DNA of 64,000 nt from contig NC_058368.1 in the NCBI RefSeq assembly GCF_018350175.1, forward strand, positions 211,608,001 through 211,672,000, written 5' to 3'. A program made the position numbers and the translations under genes. The notes under the pieces are model-generated. The model was given only the letters and a program-made list of their open reading frames with translations, was not told where the DNA came from and ran no database searches. Shown piece after piece: positions 1-11,864 of this stretch (within the stretch, counting starts at the first letter, position 1; every line of letters starts with the position of its first letter). The DNA comes from Felis catus. Taxonomy: Eukaryota.

Positions 1-699
1 AGAACTGGATAAGTTTTCTCACATTAAAGTCTACTATCTTACAAAAGGCCATGGAGGAAAAAAATGACACTGGTTAGGCATCATTAAGAAAAGATGATCA
101 GATGACATCCATCAGTAATAAAACTCCCAGCCACACCTGTGAACAGGTGGGGGGCAGGGCAACCAAAACCCTCCCTGTGATGCACTCGCCCTTCTCCAAC
201 TTTGTGCAAACCACAAGGTGAGGCCCTGAGAGCAGCATCTGCTGAGTCCTACTGATGGACAGACCAGTTCCTCCCCCTGCCAGGCCCTTACAGTCTTGAG
301 ATCACATTCTCCAGAAAACTGGCAAGGTCCGCATCCCAGCCAGCTTAGCGTTCTCCTCTCGCGGAAGGAGAGCCGAGACCCTGCCAAATCACCTGGGAAC
401 CTGCGGCCACGGGAAGCTGCTGGTCTTGGTGGACGGCCTTGAGCCCCCAGATATGCCCGGACCATTGGAAATAAAGTTGCGCTGACTGGGTTCCCTGGAG
501 AAGCGCAAGCCTGGACAGACAGCCCAGGCCCCAGCCCCTGGGAGGTCACCTTATAACTTCTCCACTTCACACTGGGCTCCATCCATTCAGTCTGCTGCCT
601 CCCCGGGCTCCGGGACCCCACCCCCACCCACAAAAGGGGAGAGATCCACACGAAAAGGAGAGCGTGAACCAGAAGGCAGCAGACGAACCCTAAAAACTG

Positions 700-2420
700 C
701 AGAAACTTAAGCGCGGACACAAACCTGCTCAAGCCCGCAGCCAAGGGAAGGCAGGTTAGAGTGGGTACCCACCCACCTGGGCAGAGGTGGGGACAGATGG
801 CGGGCGAGCGCCCCTAGCCCGAAGTGCCAGCTGCCGCCCCGTGTGCGCCCGAACTCCAGCATCCCGCCTCCCGGCCCTCCTAGAAGCTGAGGCGGGGAAA
901 GGGACACGAGGAGCGAGGGGCTCTAGCAGGCCCGGTGTAGCTTCGCCTGCACCCCTGGGCCAGCCAAAGGGCTCCCTAGAGTCAGAAAAGGAACAATAGC
1001 GGAGCCTCGGTCGCCGGAGCCATCCAGAATCTCCCGCTTGCACCTTCCTCCCACCCAGCTCCTCCAAGTTCAGCGCCGAGGCGGGTCGAGCCCAGAAGCG
1101 AGGACCTGGGTGGTGGGGGAGGGTGGGGGCGCGGGGCCGCCAGGCAGGTGGGACAGGGTGCCGACTCGCCGCCCCCCCCCCCCCGGACGCCCTGCAGGGC
1201 TGGCCATTCATTCTCGCCCGCGCTCCCTCGGCCCGTCCAGCCCCGTGCCTCGCCGCTGCCGGCCTGCGAGGGGCGGTGGGGGGCAGGCAGCAGCAAAGCC
1301 CGCTCCCAACTTGGCCCGTCCCCCCCCCCCACGCTCACTCGGATCCCCACATCCTCCTCTCCCTCTGCAGACAGCGGGCGGCCGGCGGCAGACAAGGGAG
1401 TGGTGGCGGGACCCTCGCTGCCACCCCGCTAAGCCTCTCCACCGGGCGCGCCGTCCCTCGCCGGAGCCCCAGACACAAAGGCGGGGCCGCGAGCCGGCTC
1501 CCCGCTCCGGGAAGAGCCTCCCGACTCGCGGCGCCGCGCACTCACCCCATCCAGGCGGCGGCGGCAGCTCCCGGGCCGCGCTGGCTGCGCCACTCGGCCC
1601 GCCGCTTCCCCAGGAAAACGCGGCCGCCGGGCTCGCTTCCTGCTCGGCTTCCTGCGCCTCGGTCCCTCCTCCTCCCCCGCTGCGGGGGTCAGTGGGCGCC
1701 ACGGCTCCCGGGCTGGGCCGGCGGGGCGGGGGCAGCGGCAGCACCACCACGTGGCCGCCCGGCGCCGGCCCCCGCCGACCTGGATCCAGCGGGAGCGAGA
1801 AGGGAGGTGCTCGCCTCTCCCCTCCCCTTCCACCCCGCGCGGCCCCAAATTCCGCGAGTCAGGTGACCCGGCCCCGCGCTGCGGCCGGGACCCGCGGGGG
1901 GTGCTGCGGGCGTTCCCTGCGGACTTTTCGTTTTCCCGGGATCGTGGACCCTTCACCGCGGACGTGTCCCATCAGCATCACCGTCACCTGAACTTACTGG
2001 GAAACACCCGTGCTCGCACCCCCGGGTTTGGGACGCGTGAGATCCCGAATAGTATTCATTTCTGGCCAACCTCCAAAGTCGTCTGTGGTCGTGGGGCTGT
2101 GCCAAAAGTCACCGATCCAAGCGCCCACTTAACCACAGTCCAATCGGGTATGTTTTCCAGAGTTACTGAACAGAAAGGGAACTAGAATCCGCTCATTCTG
2201 TGGACTGGCTGGGGTGACTGTTAACGCTCATCAGGTGGCAAGAGAAAACTACAGGCGTGAAGGGTTGCTCTGCTCGGGAGTTAGGAGAAATCTACCGCCT
2301 GAACGGAGAGGCACGAGTGGGGGACGTCCTCAGAGCGGTGTCCGGGATGCTCCGAGGGAGGGTCTTACCGCCCCATCCCCGCAGCGTCTCTCCCTTCTCC
2401 AGCCGGCTAAAACCGGCGTT
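700..2420. promoter_or_regulatory. CpG island / promoter of a minus-strand gene
   Basis: Very GC- and CpG-rich block in an otherwise CpG-depleted window; GC box ggggcgggg (~1722-1730), E-box CACGTG 1748-1753, tandem cttcctg ETS cores 1636-1654; minus-strand splice donors inside it. Confidence 0.93.
1546..1690 (-). other. RAI14: First exon (probably 5'UTR) of a minus-strand gene, tentatively RAI14; 5' end approximate
   Basis: Minus strand reads ...GCGGCCGCGTTTTCCTGGGGAAGCGGCGGG...GCCGCCGCCGCCTGGATGGG|GTGAGT with a consensus donor at 1545-1540. The gene name rests on recalled similarity to the human RAI14 5'UTR and the gene-free upstream region; not database-verified. Confidence 0.55.
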
Positions 2421-4739
2421 TGAATCTTAATGGCCTCCTCCTGTAATTCCAAGGATTTCAGGGCTCTCCACCTACTCATTAATTTGGGGCTGCTTTTCCA
2501 TTCATCCTAGTCTGGCTAACCAGCTACGGCTTAGAAAGTCTTTATTCACCATAGCCCCTCCCTTCCCCAGGTTAACTCTGCCTCCTTAACGCGGGGCAGG
2601 AAGCCTTCTAGAATAAATGACACGAGTCCTTTCTGGTGGGATCCACTGTAAGTCATTTGAACTTCAAAAAAAAAAAAAAAGACTAATTCCAATGGAAGTG
2701 AAATTTACCCCAGCATAGTTCAGTTTTTAACGTCTCGGCTGTATCTTGATGGTCTAGACTTTAGAATTTGTCTTCCCCGCCCCCCAAGGGAACAGCCTTC
2801 TTTAGCTTTAACAGGTAACTTATCACATAGGAAGCAACTATGAACTGTGAAGTAACTGCAGCATGGTCTTCCTAAATCATACATCAGAGATTCTTTCGAA
2901 AAGTGATGAATAGCCTGTTTAAAGCAAGACACACACTCCTCTTCCTGTCCTTTACCCCTCGTGAATAAAATGACAGGCAAACGTTTTGTTTGTTTAGTGC
3001 TGGCAATTGCTACAACACGGTTTTTCATTACGGTTCACACTTCAGGTGTACTGTAGGAGAGTGGGGGAGACAGACCCTGCCACTTGTGGGCTTTTTGTTC
3101 TGCTTTTAGCAGATCAGTCTCCTTCAGAGACAGCTGAAAAGGTGGGCTTTGGAATATGGTACAGGGTATATACCATGCCCCCTTGAAAAGCAAACGTGTA
3201 TGTATCCTGCAGGAACAGTTGACAAGTCGAAGGAGTTAGTATCGAACAACATTAAACAATTATTTTTCTTTTACACCACAATGCAGCATCCCAGCCACTA
3301 ACCTCTGAGTGCGCCTGCCTATGTCAGCTCTGTGGCTCCTGTGGGTGGCTTGCATGCTTATTCTCCTTAGCGTATAACCTCACCCTCAGACATCAGCAAG
3401 TCCAACTCTGGTGTGGGGTTGCTGTGGAGGGAAGGACTCTTATAGTTAGGCTGATACGCCAAGATCCTTTTCCAGATCCCTCCTGCCCCTGAAAATTCAA
3501 ACACCTGATTCAGACCACAGCTGAAGTTCTGCCATCTCCAGAGGAATTGTTGGTCAAGTATGGTTTGGAACAGAATCTTCTCATTGGTGGGGGTTTGTGT
3601 GCTCTTTGCCCAGGCCTTTTAGAAATGCTACCTCATTCAGGGTACATGGAATACGCCCTTTAATGGAGAACAGGCCCATGTGAAAAGGTTTGAGAAGGCA
3701 GTAAGGATAAAATGATCATCTAAACTGCATAAAAAGTGGGTAAAACCTCTTTCGGAAGAACAACATGTTGTATTTTAATAGGGGTGTTACTGCCAAATCA
3801 AGGTAACTGTAGTGTAATAAGAACAGAGACCATGTTCCTAACTTGCCATTTGAACTTCACCAAATGTTTGAATCTCTCTTGGCCCCACTTCCCAAATCAG
3901 TAAAAAAAAGAACACTGAAATACATGGCCTCTGAGAAGTTTTTCAGATCTAACATCCTGAGCCCATTCTCTTAATTTGAAGAGCCATCGCAAGCTATTTT
4001 GTTGTTACACTCTATGGCAAAGCATCATTCTCTAATTGTTTTAGCAGGTCAGTCTCATACCAACAAGATTCCAGACTCCTGAGAGGGTTGCCATCCAGGA
4101 TCCATGAAATTCATTGATTGGTAGGGTCAAATTTTCATTTTTGAGATTAAAAAATGTCACATTCCTTATTTCTTGCTCCCTTGCTTATCAGTATTGTTTC
4201 TCCCCGGATTAGGAACGTCTTAAGTCTGGGAAACCAAGGCTGAGACTAGTTGGGGTAAGAAGAAACTGTCCCTAATAGGAGAAATAGAGATAGGCATCAC
4301 AGCAGAGCCAAAAAGTAACCCTTTGCTTTATTTGGCATTTGGTTAGGATCTGACTACACTTCTGGGTCTAGTTAGAAACAGCATGATTTACAGGAATGTG
4401 GTGATATTGGCCCCAGTCCAGAGAATGGAACAAAAACACAATCAAAAGGTTGGAGGGAGAGAATCTACAGAAATCACCCTATATATTCATAGAAAAACCA
4501 CTTTTTTGTATTTTCTTAGGGATGTTTCTGAATAGGAAATTGTGACATGGGAGAATTAATAAGATAACTTTAATAAAGCATCTTAATGATTCAGTAAGAC
4601 CATAGCAATAAAGTAGACCACAAACACTCAGCACTTGAAATGTCATTAGCCCAAATTGTTGTGCTGTGCATGCAAAATATACAACAGAGTTCAAAGATGT
4701 AGGATGAGAAAAAAAATGAAAAGTATCTCACTAATAATT

Positions 4740-4939
4740 TTTTAACATTTAAAAAAAGTTTTATTTATTTATTTTGGGGGGGGAGGATGGCAGAGAGAGG
4801 GGAGAGAGAGAATCCCAAGCAGGTTTCTTGCCATCAGCTCAGAGCCCAAGATAGGGCTCGAACTCACGAACCATGAGACCATGACCTGAGCCAAAATCAA
4901 GAGTTGGACACTTAACCAACTGAGCCACCGAGGCGTCCC
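4740..4939 (-). mobile_element. Carnivore SINE (SINEC)
   Basis: Reverse-oriented tRNA-like head, (GA)n, T-rich tail; TSD atctcactaataat 4725-4738 / 4940-4953. Confidence 0.93.
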
Positions 4940-4975
4940 ATCTCACTAATAATGTCTATATTAATTACATATCGA

Positions 4976-5110
4976 AAGAGAGAATCCCAAGCAGGCTCAA
5001 CGCTTAGCATGGAGCCCAACAAGGGGCTCAATCCTATGACCCCAGCTTTATGACCTGAACTGAAATCAAGAGTCTGATGCTCAACCAACTGAGCCACCCT
5101 TAAGGTGTCC
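4976..5110 (-). mobile_element. SINEC, partial (tail missing)
   Basis: gagagaatcccaagcaggctc...actgagccaccc head. Confidence 0.85.
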
Positions 5111-5117
5111 CTTAAGA

Positions 5118-5313
5118 TTTTACTTTTTTAAGGTTATTTTATTTTGAGAGAGAGAGAGAGGAGGGAGAGGGGCAGAGAGAGAAGGAGGATCCCAAGCAGG
5201 CTTCACACCCAGGGCAGAGCCCATCTTGGGGCTCAGTCCCACGACCATGAGATCATGACCTGAGCTGAAACCACGAGCTGGATGCTGAACCCACTGAGCC
5301 ACATGGGCACCCC
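5118..5313 (-). mobile_element. SINEC
   Basis: T-rich tail, (GA)n, head ending ctgagccacatgggcacccc. Confidence 0.9.
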
Positions 5314-5654
5314 ACTTTTTTCTTTTTAAACTGTGGTTAACTAGAAAGTTATAAATTACTATGTAGCTTACATTTTATTTCTATTGGATAAAACTGCCAC
5401 AGGGGTTAATTATTAGCATCTAAGACACATTTACCAACCGCTCCATGTGAGGCTTTTTGCTAAGTGGTATATACATAACCACTGAGGCCATATACTTAAT
5501 TATTCAATCTGGGACACTTTTGACACTTTTGAGAATGAAAGGGGGCAGGCAAATTCTAAACCAGCCAAGCTACTAGGACAAAAAGCATAAATTGGAACAG
5601 TCCTGAGCAAACTGAGATGGCAGGCCACCCGAACGTTAGGTCATTTAATCTTTA

Positions 5655-5980
5655 TGTTGGGGAGAAAGAATCTCTCTGCTCTTCAAAGTCCTTCTAGCTG
5701 GACTAAGAATCAAATTGACATGCGACAGATTAACAGAAGAAAAATCACATTTATTTTTGGACATCCAGAGAATCCACACAGACATGAAATTCTAAGACAG
5801 CCGGGCAACATGAGGCTTCTATGAGCCAAGGAGAGGCGTAGGGGACTGAGGACACAAAAGACAGGAAGACCACTAGCAGGAAGATGAGAGGAGACTTTTT
5901 GAGAACAAGGTTGCCCTCTCATGGAGATAAGTTTCTTAGGTAAAAAGGAATCTCTGTTGATAGCTCTCTTCCCGGTACAT
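5655..5980. mobile_element. ERV1-type LTR fragment (carnivore)
   Basis: 'gctggactaagaatcaaattgacatgcgacagattaacagaagaaaaa' resembles MER4-group/carnivore LTRs. Confidence 0.5.
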
Positions 5981-5989
5981 CAACCCTAT

Positions 5990-6350
5990 AAGTGCCATTA
6001 TTATCCCTTTTGGCACTTGAGGGAACTGGAGCACAGAGGGATTAAGTAACTTGCCTAAAGTCACACAGCTAGTGGCAATGTTGAGATTCAAATTAGGGCA
6101 ATCTGGCTCTAGAGGCTTCACTCTTAACTGCTATATAATACTGTCATCTTAAGACCTAATATAGATCGAGAATTTAATAGATGCAAAGTTTTTCTTAATG
6201 CAGCAACTTGGACGGGGTATCATCCTATTTTTACAAGACGCAGAAACCGAGTTTCAAACAGATGGGGTAAACTGCCCAAATCATAGAGCCAGAAATAGAG
6301 GCAGCAAAAATCAAAGTTTGAGATACCCGACTCCAGAGCGGTCCTCCTAA
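5990..6350 (-). mobile_element. Two MIR fragments
   Basis: MIR core motifs 'gaaactggagcacagagggattaagtaacttgcctaaagtcacacagctagt' and 'gaaaccgagtttc...aactgcccaaatcatagagc'. Confidence 0.75.
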
Positions 6351-8719
6351 CCACTACCCCATATTGCCTTCAGGCCACACTGACTTATAAAGCACTTCTG
6401 TATTGATCTTATGACTTCTCCCGGTTCTGGCAAAGGCCTGGTGGATAAAAGGACTGGAACCCGGGTGAGATTAGCCGTACAACAGGCAACAGCCACCAAA
6501 AGCTCAATCTTAGTGGCCTCTCCTTTCTCCATTTTAAGATGCTCCAAATAGCCATCATGCTGCCAGGATGGTGGGTCTGCCGTGCGTGTTAGAAATCACA
6601 GAAAATGTTCTCCCAGTAAGGTAGTGGAGGAGGGTATCACGAGGAATTCGAGAAAATTGAGAAGGCAATTACTTTGTTGCCAGAAATCTAAGCGAAAAAG
6701 TGTTCACAGAGCTCCCCAGGCAGAAGCAGTGTTACGGGATGTAAATCTACAGCTGTGACATGTGTACCTTTTCTCCTTCGTCGACGGTGGGTCACAATCT
6801 TGGCAGCCTGTTAGAACCACCTGCCTTTAAAGATCACCAATTGCCTTGGCCCCATGCCCTAGGATACTGATTAAAGTGGTCTGGTGTGGGGCCCAGGCGT
6901 TGGTATTTTATACCCTCTCCCTAGATTATCATAAAGTGGGGCTGGGCTTTATGGGCTGTTGCAGCCATGCCTGGAGCACCTGGTTCTTGGTTTAGCACTG
7001 CAAGCAAAGATGACATTGGGTGAAGAGGGTGGGGTGGCTCTGGCAGTGGGCCTTACAGGAATCAGTGCTCCAGAAGGATTTCTCGACAGAGTGGTTCTCA
7101 ACCAAGCCACTGTTTTTCTTGGCCCAGTGCACTTGTTTTCTGTTACGGCATTAAACCTGAGCTCTGAAATTTTTGTCTTCTTCATTGAGATCAACCCCTG
7201 CCCGTGAGACATTTTAATTCATGCTCCTTCCTTATCCGAATAGTGCACCCATAATAATCCTGTGTACGACTCTGGCTGATGAGTTATTTTGCATCTGTTA
7301 TGGCTTCTTGCTTGTGTGTTTCAAAGGCTTTGTAGTCATTTAACTTCTGTTAGTCATTTTCACTTTTCCATTTGTGTTTCTTCTCTTTAAAATCCTCAGT
7401 AGACTACACAAACTAGATTTCTTGTTTTCGAAATTGGTCTTTCAACTCTGCAAGTGAACACATTTTTAAGATTCATTTTGCACAGCAGACTGTTAGTACT
7501 TAAGATATATGACTACACTGCTGTGAAGATATTTAACAAAATTCCACAAGGCCTTTGTTTGTTTTGCCTTAATACAAATTCCTCAACTATCCAAAAATAT
7601 GCACCTCAAGCAGGTTTCTCACATTCAGGATGGAGGTTCTTATAAGGTAAAATTATCATTCTTCCTTTGGCTTCTATTTCAAAGACAGCCCTGTAATTTA
7701 TTGTTCTAGACTTCCTGCTTGAGTTTCAGAACAAGATTCAGACCATGAAAATGTTTTGGACTGTCCTGTGATATGCCAGAAGAGAGGAGAGGGACAGAAT
7801 TGGGGGAGCCAGAGAGATCACCGTGGAAATATTCCTTCAACAGAGATGAAGTGGGACAGGGAAGGTCCACAGAATCCACAGAAGCCAGCAAAAGCAGAAG
7901 CCAGAAAAGGGCCACGGTGACTTCCTCCAAAGGATTCCTAGAACCTTTAGAACACAAATGCCAAGAAGACAAATTGGCCTCACAATAATAGACCAATAAA
8001 AGGGAGGAGGGCAGAGTTCTGGTGTTAAGGATATCGAGGTCACTGTTGGCCAGCCAGAGGGGAGTTTGTTCTTTAGAATTACATTAAAAGGAAGTGGTTT
8101 GGGAGGCCATTTGAGAGAACCAGAAGGCTCAGTTGGCACTGACTGAGTCTGGGAAATTTGCCACCAAGAGACCCGGGGCTCTGGGACGAAGAGAGGGAGG
8201 TGAAGGTCTGAGTGGGTCTCATATTTGCTTTGTGGGCTTCTGGAAAGTATTTTAAAACGTTTTTATTTAAACTTTGGCCTTAAGAGGACTCTCCATTCAC
8301 ATCCAACATAACTCACTCATATTAAGAAATATGAATTATGAGAACATTCAGTGTGTTTCTTTTTATCCTGATGCTCTTTCCCTGACCTAACTGCCTCTGT
8401 TCCAAGTCAGAGCATTCTCACTTGCATGTGTGATTCGGAGGGGCAGAAAATGATTCAAGTTTATAGGTAGGTGCACCTTGAAGAAATTTTAGAAGTGTGT
8501 GAGGCCACTTCTGTGGACGAACCAGTGAGAACAGACGATCTGTATTGGGGCAGGAATCCTCCCAGTGTGGCCTGGGGAATGGGTTTCTCCAGCCAGAAGC
8601 AACTGTCCCCTACTGGGCAGAAGTCATGATTGGCTTCTTTTTTATTTTCTCTTTGTTTTTAAATATGGAGTAACAATGAGAATTGAAGGAATTTTTAAAA
8701 ACAAAAACAAAGAAGAAAT

Positions 8720-8940
8720 ACTCTGGCTGGAACCCTGGCTTCTCCATTTCTAAGCTGTGCAATTTGGGGCACGTCAATTAATCTTTCTTAGCCTCGGTTT
8801 CTTCATTGGCCAACTGGGAGTAGTATTAGTACCTGCCTCTTGGGTTATCTTGTAGCTTAAATAATTAATACATATGAAACACGTACAACAGTACCTGGCA
8901 CAGAGCAAGAGCTAAAAAAATAATATTGATAATTATTACC
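8720..8940 (+). mobile_element. MIR
   Basis: 'ttaatctttcttagcctcggtttcttcatt...acagtacctggcacagagcaagagct'. Confidence 0.75.
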
Positions 8941-9040
8941 TACATGGAGAAGAGTAAGAGATTCACAGAGGCCTGAGGAAAATAAAATAGTGGTATATAT
9001 CAAAATCAACTCAACTGTTATTAAAAATGTCATAACCTGC

Positions 9041-9251
9041 GGGGTGCCTGGGTGGCTCAGTCAGTTAAGTGTCTGACTCGGCTCAGGTCATGATCTCGCA
9101 CTCTGTGAGTTCGAGCCCCATGTTGGGCTCTGTGCTGACAGCTCAGAGCCTGGAGCCTGCTTCCCAGTCTGTGTCTCCCTCTCTTTCTGCTCCTCCCCTG
9201 CTCATGCTCTGTCTCTCTCTGTCTCAAAAATAAATAAAAACATTTAAAAAA
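9041..9251 (+). mobile_element. SINEC
   Basis: ggggtgcctgggtggctcagtc head, (CT)n, A-tail. Confidence 0.95.
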
Positions 9252-9263
9252 GATTTTTTTTTA

Positions 9264-9489
9264 GGGGCGCCTGGGTGGCGCAGTCGGTTAAGTGTCTGAC
9301 TTCAGCCAGGTCACGATCTCGCGGTCCGTGAGTTCGAGCCCCGCGTTGGGCTCTGGGCTGATGGCTCAGAGCCTGGAGCCTGTTTCCGATTCTGTGTCTC
9401 CCTCTCTCTCTGCCCCTCCCCCGCTCATGCTCTGTCTCTCTCTGTCCCAAAAATAAATAAATGTTGAAAAAAAAAATTAAAAAAAAAAA
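9264..9489 (+). mobile_element. Young feline-type SINEC inserted in the tail of the preceding SINE
   Basis: CpG-rich head ggggcgcctgggtggcgcagtcgg; TSD aaaaaagattttttt 9246-9260 / 9484-9498. Confidence 0.95.
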
Positions 9490-9551
9490 GATTTTTTTAA
9501 ATGCCAAAGCCTGTAGTTTGAACATTTCTAGGGTGCTATTTGCTAAGTCTC

Positions 9552-9772
9552 TTTTTTAAAATTTTTGTTAATGTTTATCTATTTTTGAGGGAGAGTGCGT
9601 GTCCACCATCAAGTGGGGGAGGGGCACAGAGAGAGAGGCACAGAATCCAAACCAGGCTCTAGGCTCTGAGCTATCAGCACAAAGCCTGACGCAGGGCTCG
9701 AACCCATGAACTGTAGGATCATGACCTGAGCCGAAGTCGGGCGCTTAACCGACTGAGTCACCCAGGCGCCCC
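9552..9772 (-). mobile_element. SINEC
   Basis: Reverse head ending cccaggcgcccc. Confidence 0.93.
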
Positions 9773-10239
9773 TCTGTTAAGTGAAAGTGAAAGTTATATG
9801 AAAACTTTGTCAACTAAACTGTAAGGTATAGCACTGAACACACCAAGAAAGAAAAAACAGGAGATGTTTTCTGTCTTCAAGGAACTTGCAACCTATTTGG
9901 AGAGATGGTCTATAGACCTACAGGGACAGAGTCACCATGTTGCTTTCTAGTTCTTTGACACTATTCTGTGGCTCTGCCAAGCCACATTGCCTGGAAAACA
10001 GTGCCTTTGAAAATGTGAGACATTCTGTTCTGCTTAAATATTAGGAAGCAGTGTGTTATGGGAACCAAAATATAAGTAACTCATCCATACCCACAGAGGT
10101 TCCTATTACAACACACAGCCTGGCTTGACATTGATTGTGCTATGCAGCTTCCATGTTACTAAATAATGTTGGGATTGAAACACCATCGGCGTCATAATCA
10201 GCTGCCTGTTCTAATGATAACAATGCCTATTACGAGATA

Positions 10240-11130
10240 ATGGTGGCTTTCACACAATAGGGGCATGTTTTCCTCATGTTTTGCAAACTCGCTTGCTTTC
10301 AGATCAGTGGTTCAAGGTGGTCAGGTCTGAGGCCTTTGTGGTCCTCTAGGTTTTCCCTCATTATTAGAGGACAGCTTGTCCACTTACAGCATCCATTCTG
10401 TGTTCAGGCAGGAAGAAGGGAAAGAGTAGACAGCCAGTAGAGTCTGCTCTATAGGGAAATTTTCTGAAAGCCCCAACCAACATCTCAATTTTATTGGCCA
10501 AACTGTGTCACGTGGCCACTCCCATCTGAAAGGAAGGGAAGGAAATACAGGTGTTTAGCTGGGTGCATTGTACACAAAGTGAAATTGGGGTCTGACTAAT
10601 AGGAAAATGGGGAGAATGGTATTTCATTTATCTGTTGCTGTAAAATAAACAAGCTCAAAACTTAGTGTCTTAAAACAAAAACAATATATTGTTTCTCATG
10701 ATTCTGTGGGCTGACCAGGTGGTTCATTTGCTTCATGTGGTATAGGCTGGGGTACTAGGATAGCCAAAAGGTATAAAATGGCCTCATTCCTACAGCTGAT
10801 AGTTAGTGTTGGTCCCTAGCTGGATTTCAGTAGGGAATCTTGGCTGAGACCTCAGCTCTTCTCATGGTTCTTTGGGCTTCCACATGGACGGTTGGCTTGG
10901 TTCCAAGAAAGAGTGCCCCAAGAAGATGAGCCTCGATGTGCAAGGGCCTATTAAGCCTCCACTTACATCATGTTTGCCATAGTCCCATTGGTCGAAGCTA
11001 ATCATATGGCCAAGACCAGAGTCAAAATGGGAAGGAACTACACAAAAACATATATGCCAGGAATCATAGTACATTGGGAACCACCAAAATACCAGACCAC
11101 TGAAGGGTAGGCATCTATCCATCTCTGCCA
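10240..11130 (-). mobile_element. Nested MaLR (MLT1-family) LTRs: one LTR (~10620-11100) inside another
   Basis: MLT1 motifs 'ttattggccaaactgtgtcacgtggccac' and 'cccattggtcgaagctaatcatatggccaagaccagagtcaa'; the outer LTR resumes at ~11101. Confidence 0.65.
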
Positions 11131-11168
11131 AAGCATCTTTTGATAATATATTAAAATTGATCAATGCT

Positions 11169-11333
11169 GGGGCACCTGGGTGTCTCAGTCGGTTAAGCTT
11201 CTGACTTTGGCTTAGGTCGTGATCTCGCGGTTCATAATTTCGAATCACAAACTCTGTGCTTTGTGAGCACAAGGCCCACTTCAGATCCTCTGTCCCCCTC
11301 TCTCCCTCAAAAATATATAAACATCTAAAAAAA
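11169..11333 (+). mobile_element. SINEC (short)
   Basis: TSD aaaattga(t/c)caatgct 11153-11168 / 11330-11345. Confidence 0.9.
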
Positions 11334-11344
11334 TTGACCAATGC

Positions 11345-11530
11345 TTATTCTGCAGCAAATGTAGGCCAAATACTTTGCAATCATTAACTCTGAAAATTCT
11401 CACAACAACCTCAAGGGGTAGATACTCTGATTTCCATTTAGAGATGAAGAAATAGGTTAGGAAAGGTTAAGAAACTTGCCCAAGGTCACAAAGTAAGAAA
11501 ACACCAGGGCTGGAACTTGAACCCAACCTG
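11345..11530 (-). mobile_element. MIR
   Basis: 'ccatttagagatgaagaaatagg...ggttaagaaacttgcccaaggtcaca'. Confidence 0.75.
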
Positions 11531-11644
11531 AATGTTCAGCTGGGAGCACAATTTGGGAGCAGAGTCTGATTGTAGGGAGATGGTAGAAAATCAAGTGACA
11601 GGGATCTGATGAAGTTAGCTATTTTTAAAAGATTGTCTTCACGT

Positions 11645-11864
11645 TTTAAATTTTTTAAAAATGTTCATTCATTTTTGAGAGACAGAGAGAGACAGAGAGC
11701 AAGCGGGGTGGGGCAGAGAAGAGAGGGAGACAAAGAATCCAAAGCAGGCTCCGGGCTCTGAGCTGTCAGCACAGAGCCCAATGTGGGGCTCGAACTCACG
11801 AGCTGTGAGACCAGGACCTGAGCTTAAGTCAAACTCTTAACCGACCAAGCCACCCAGGTGCCCC
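11645..11864 (-). mobile_element. SINEC
   Basis: TSD tgtcttca(c/t)gtttt on both sides. Confidence 0.93.

Larger units (their letters stand above)
4600..5397 (-). mobile_element. hAT-Charlie MITE fossil (MER33-like) split by three SINEs
   Basis: Segments 'cagcacttgaaatgtcattagccc...atctcactaataat' and 'ctagaaagttataaattactatgtagcttacattttatttctattgga' resemble MER33/MER3 on either side of the SINEs. Confidence 0.6.

Noticed and set aside
1546..1550. Assignment to a gene with a Met-Gly micro first exon (e.g. HOMER family)
   Set aside because: Only the ATG GG| pattern fits; the UTR does not recall those genes and the Kozak context is weak.
112..2185. Many long overlapping ORFs (up to 317 aa) on both strands
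   Set aside because: Expected stop-codon scarcity in a GC-rich CpG island; low-complexity P/R/G/A products, mostly non-ATG starts, no recognisable domain.
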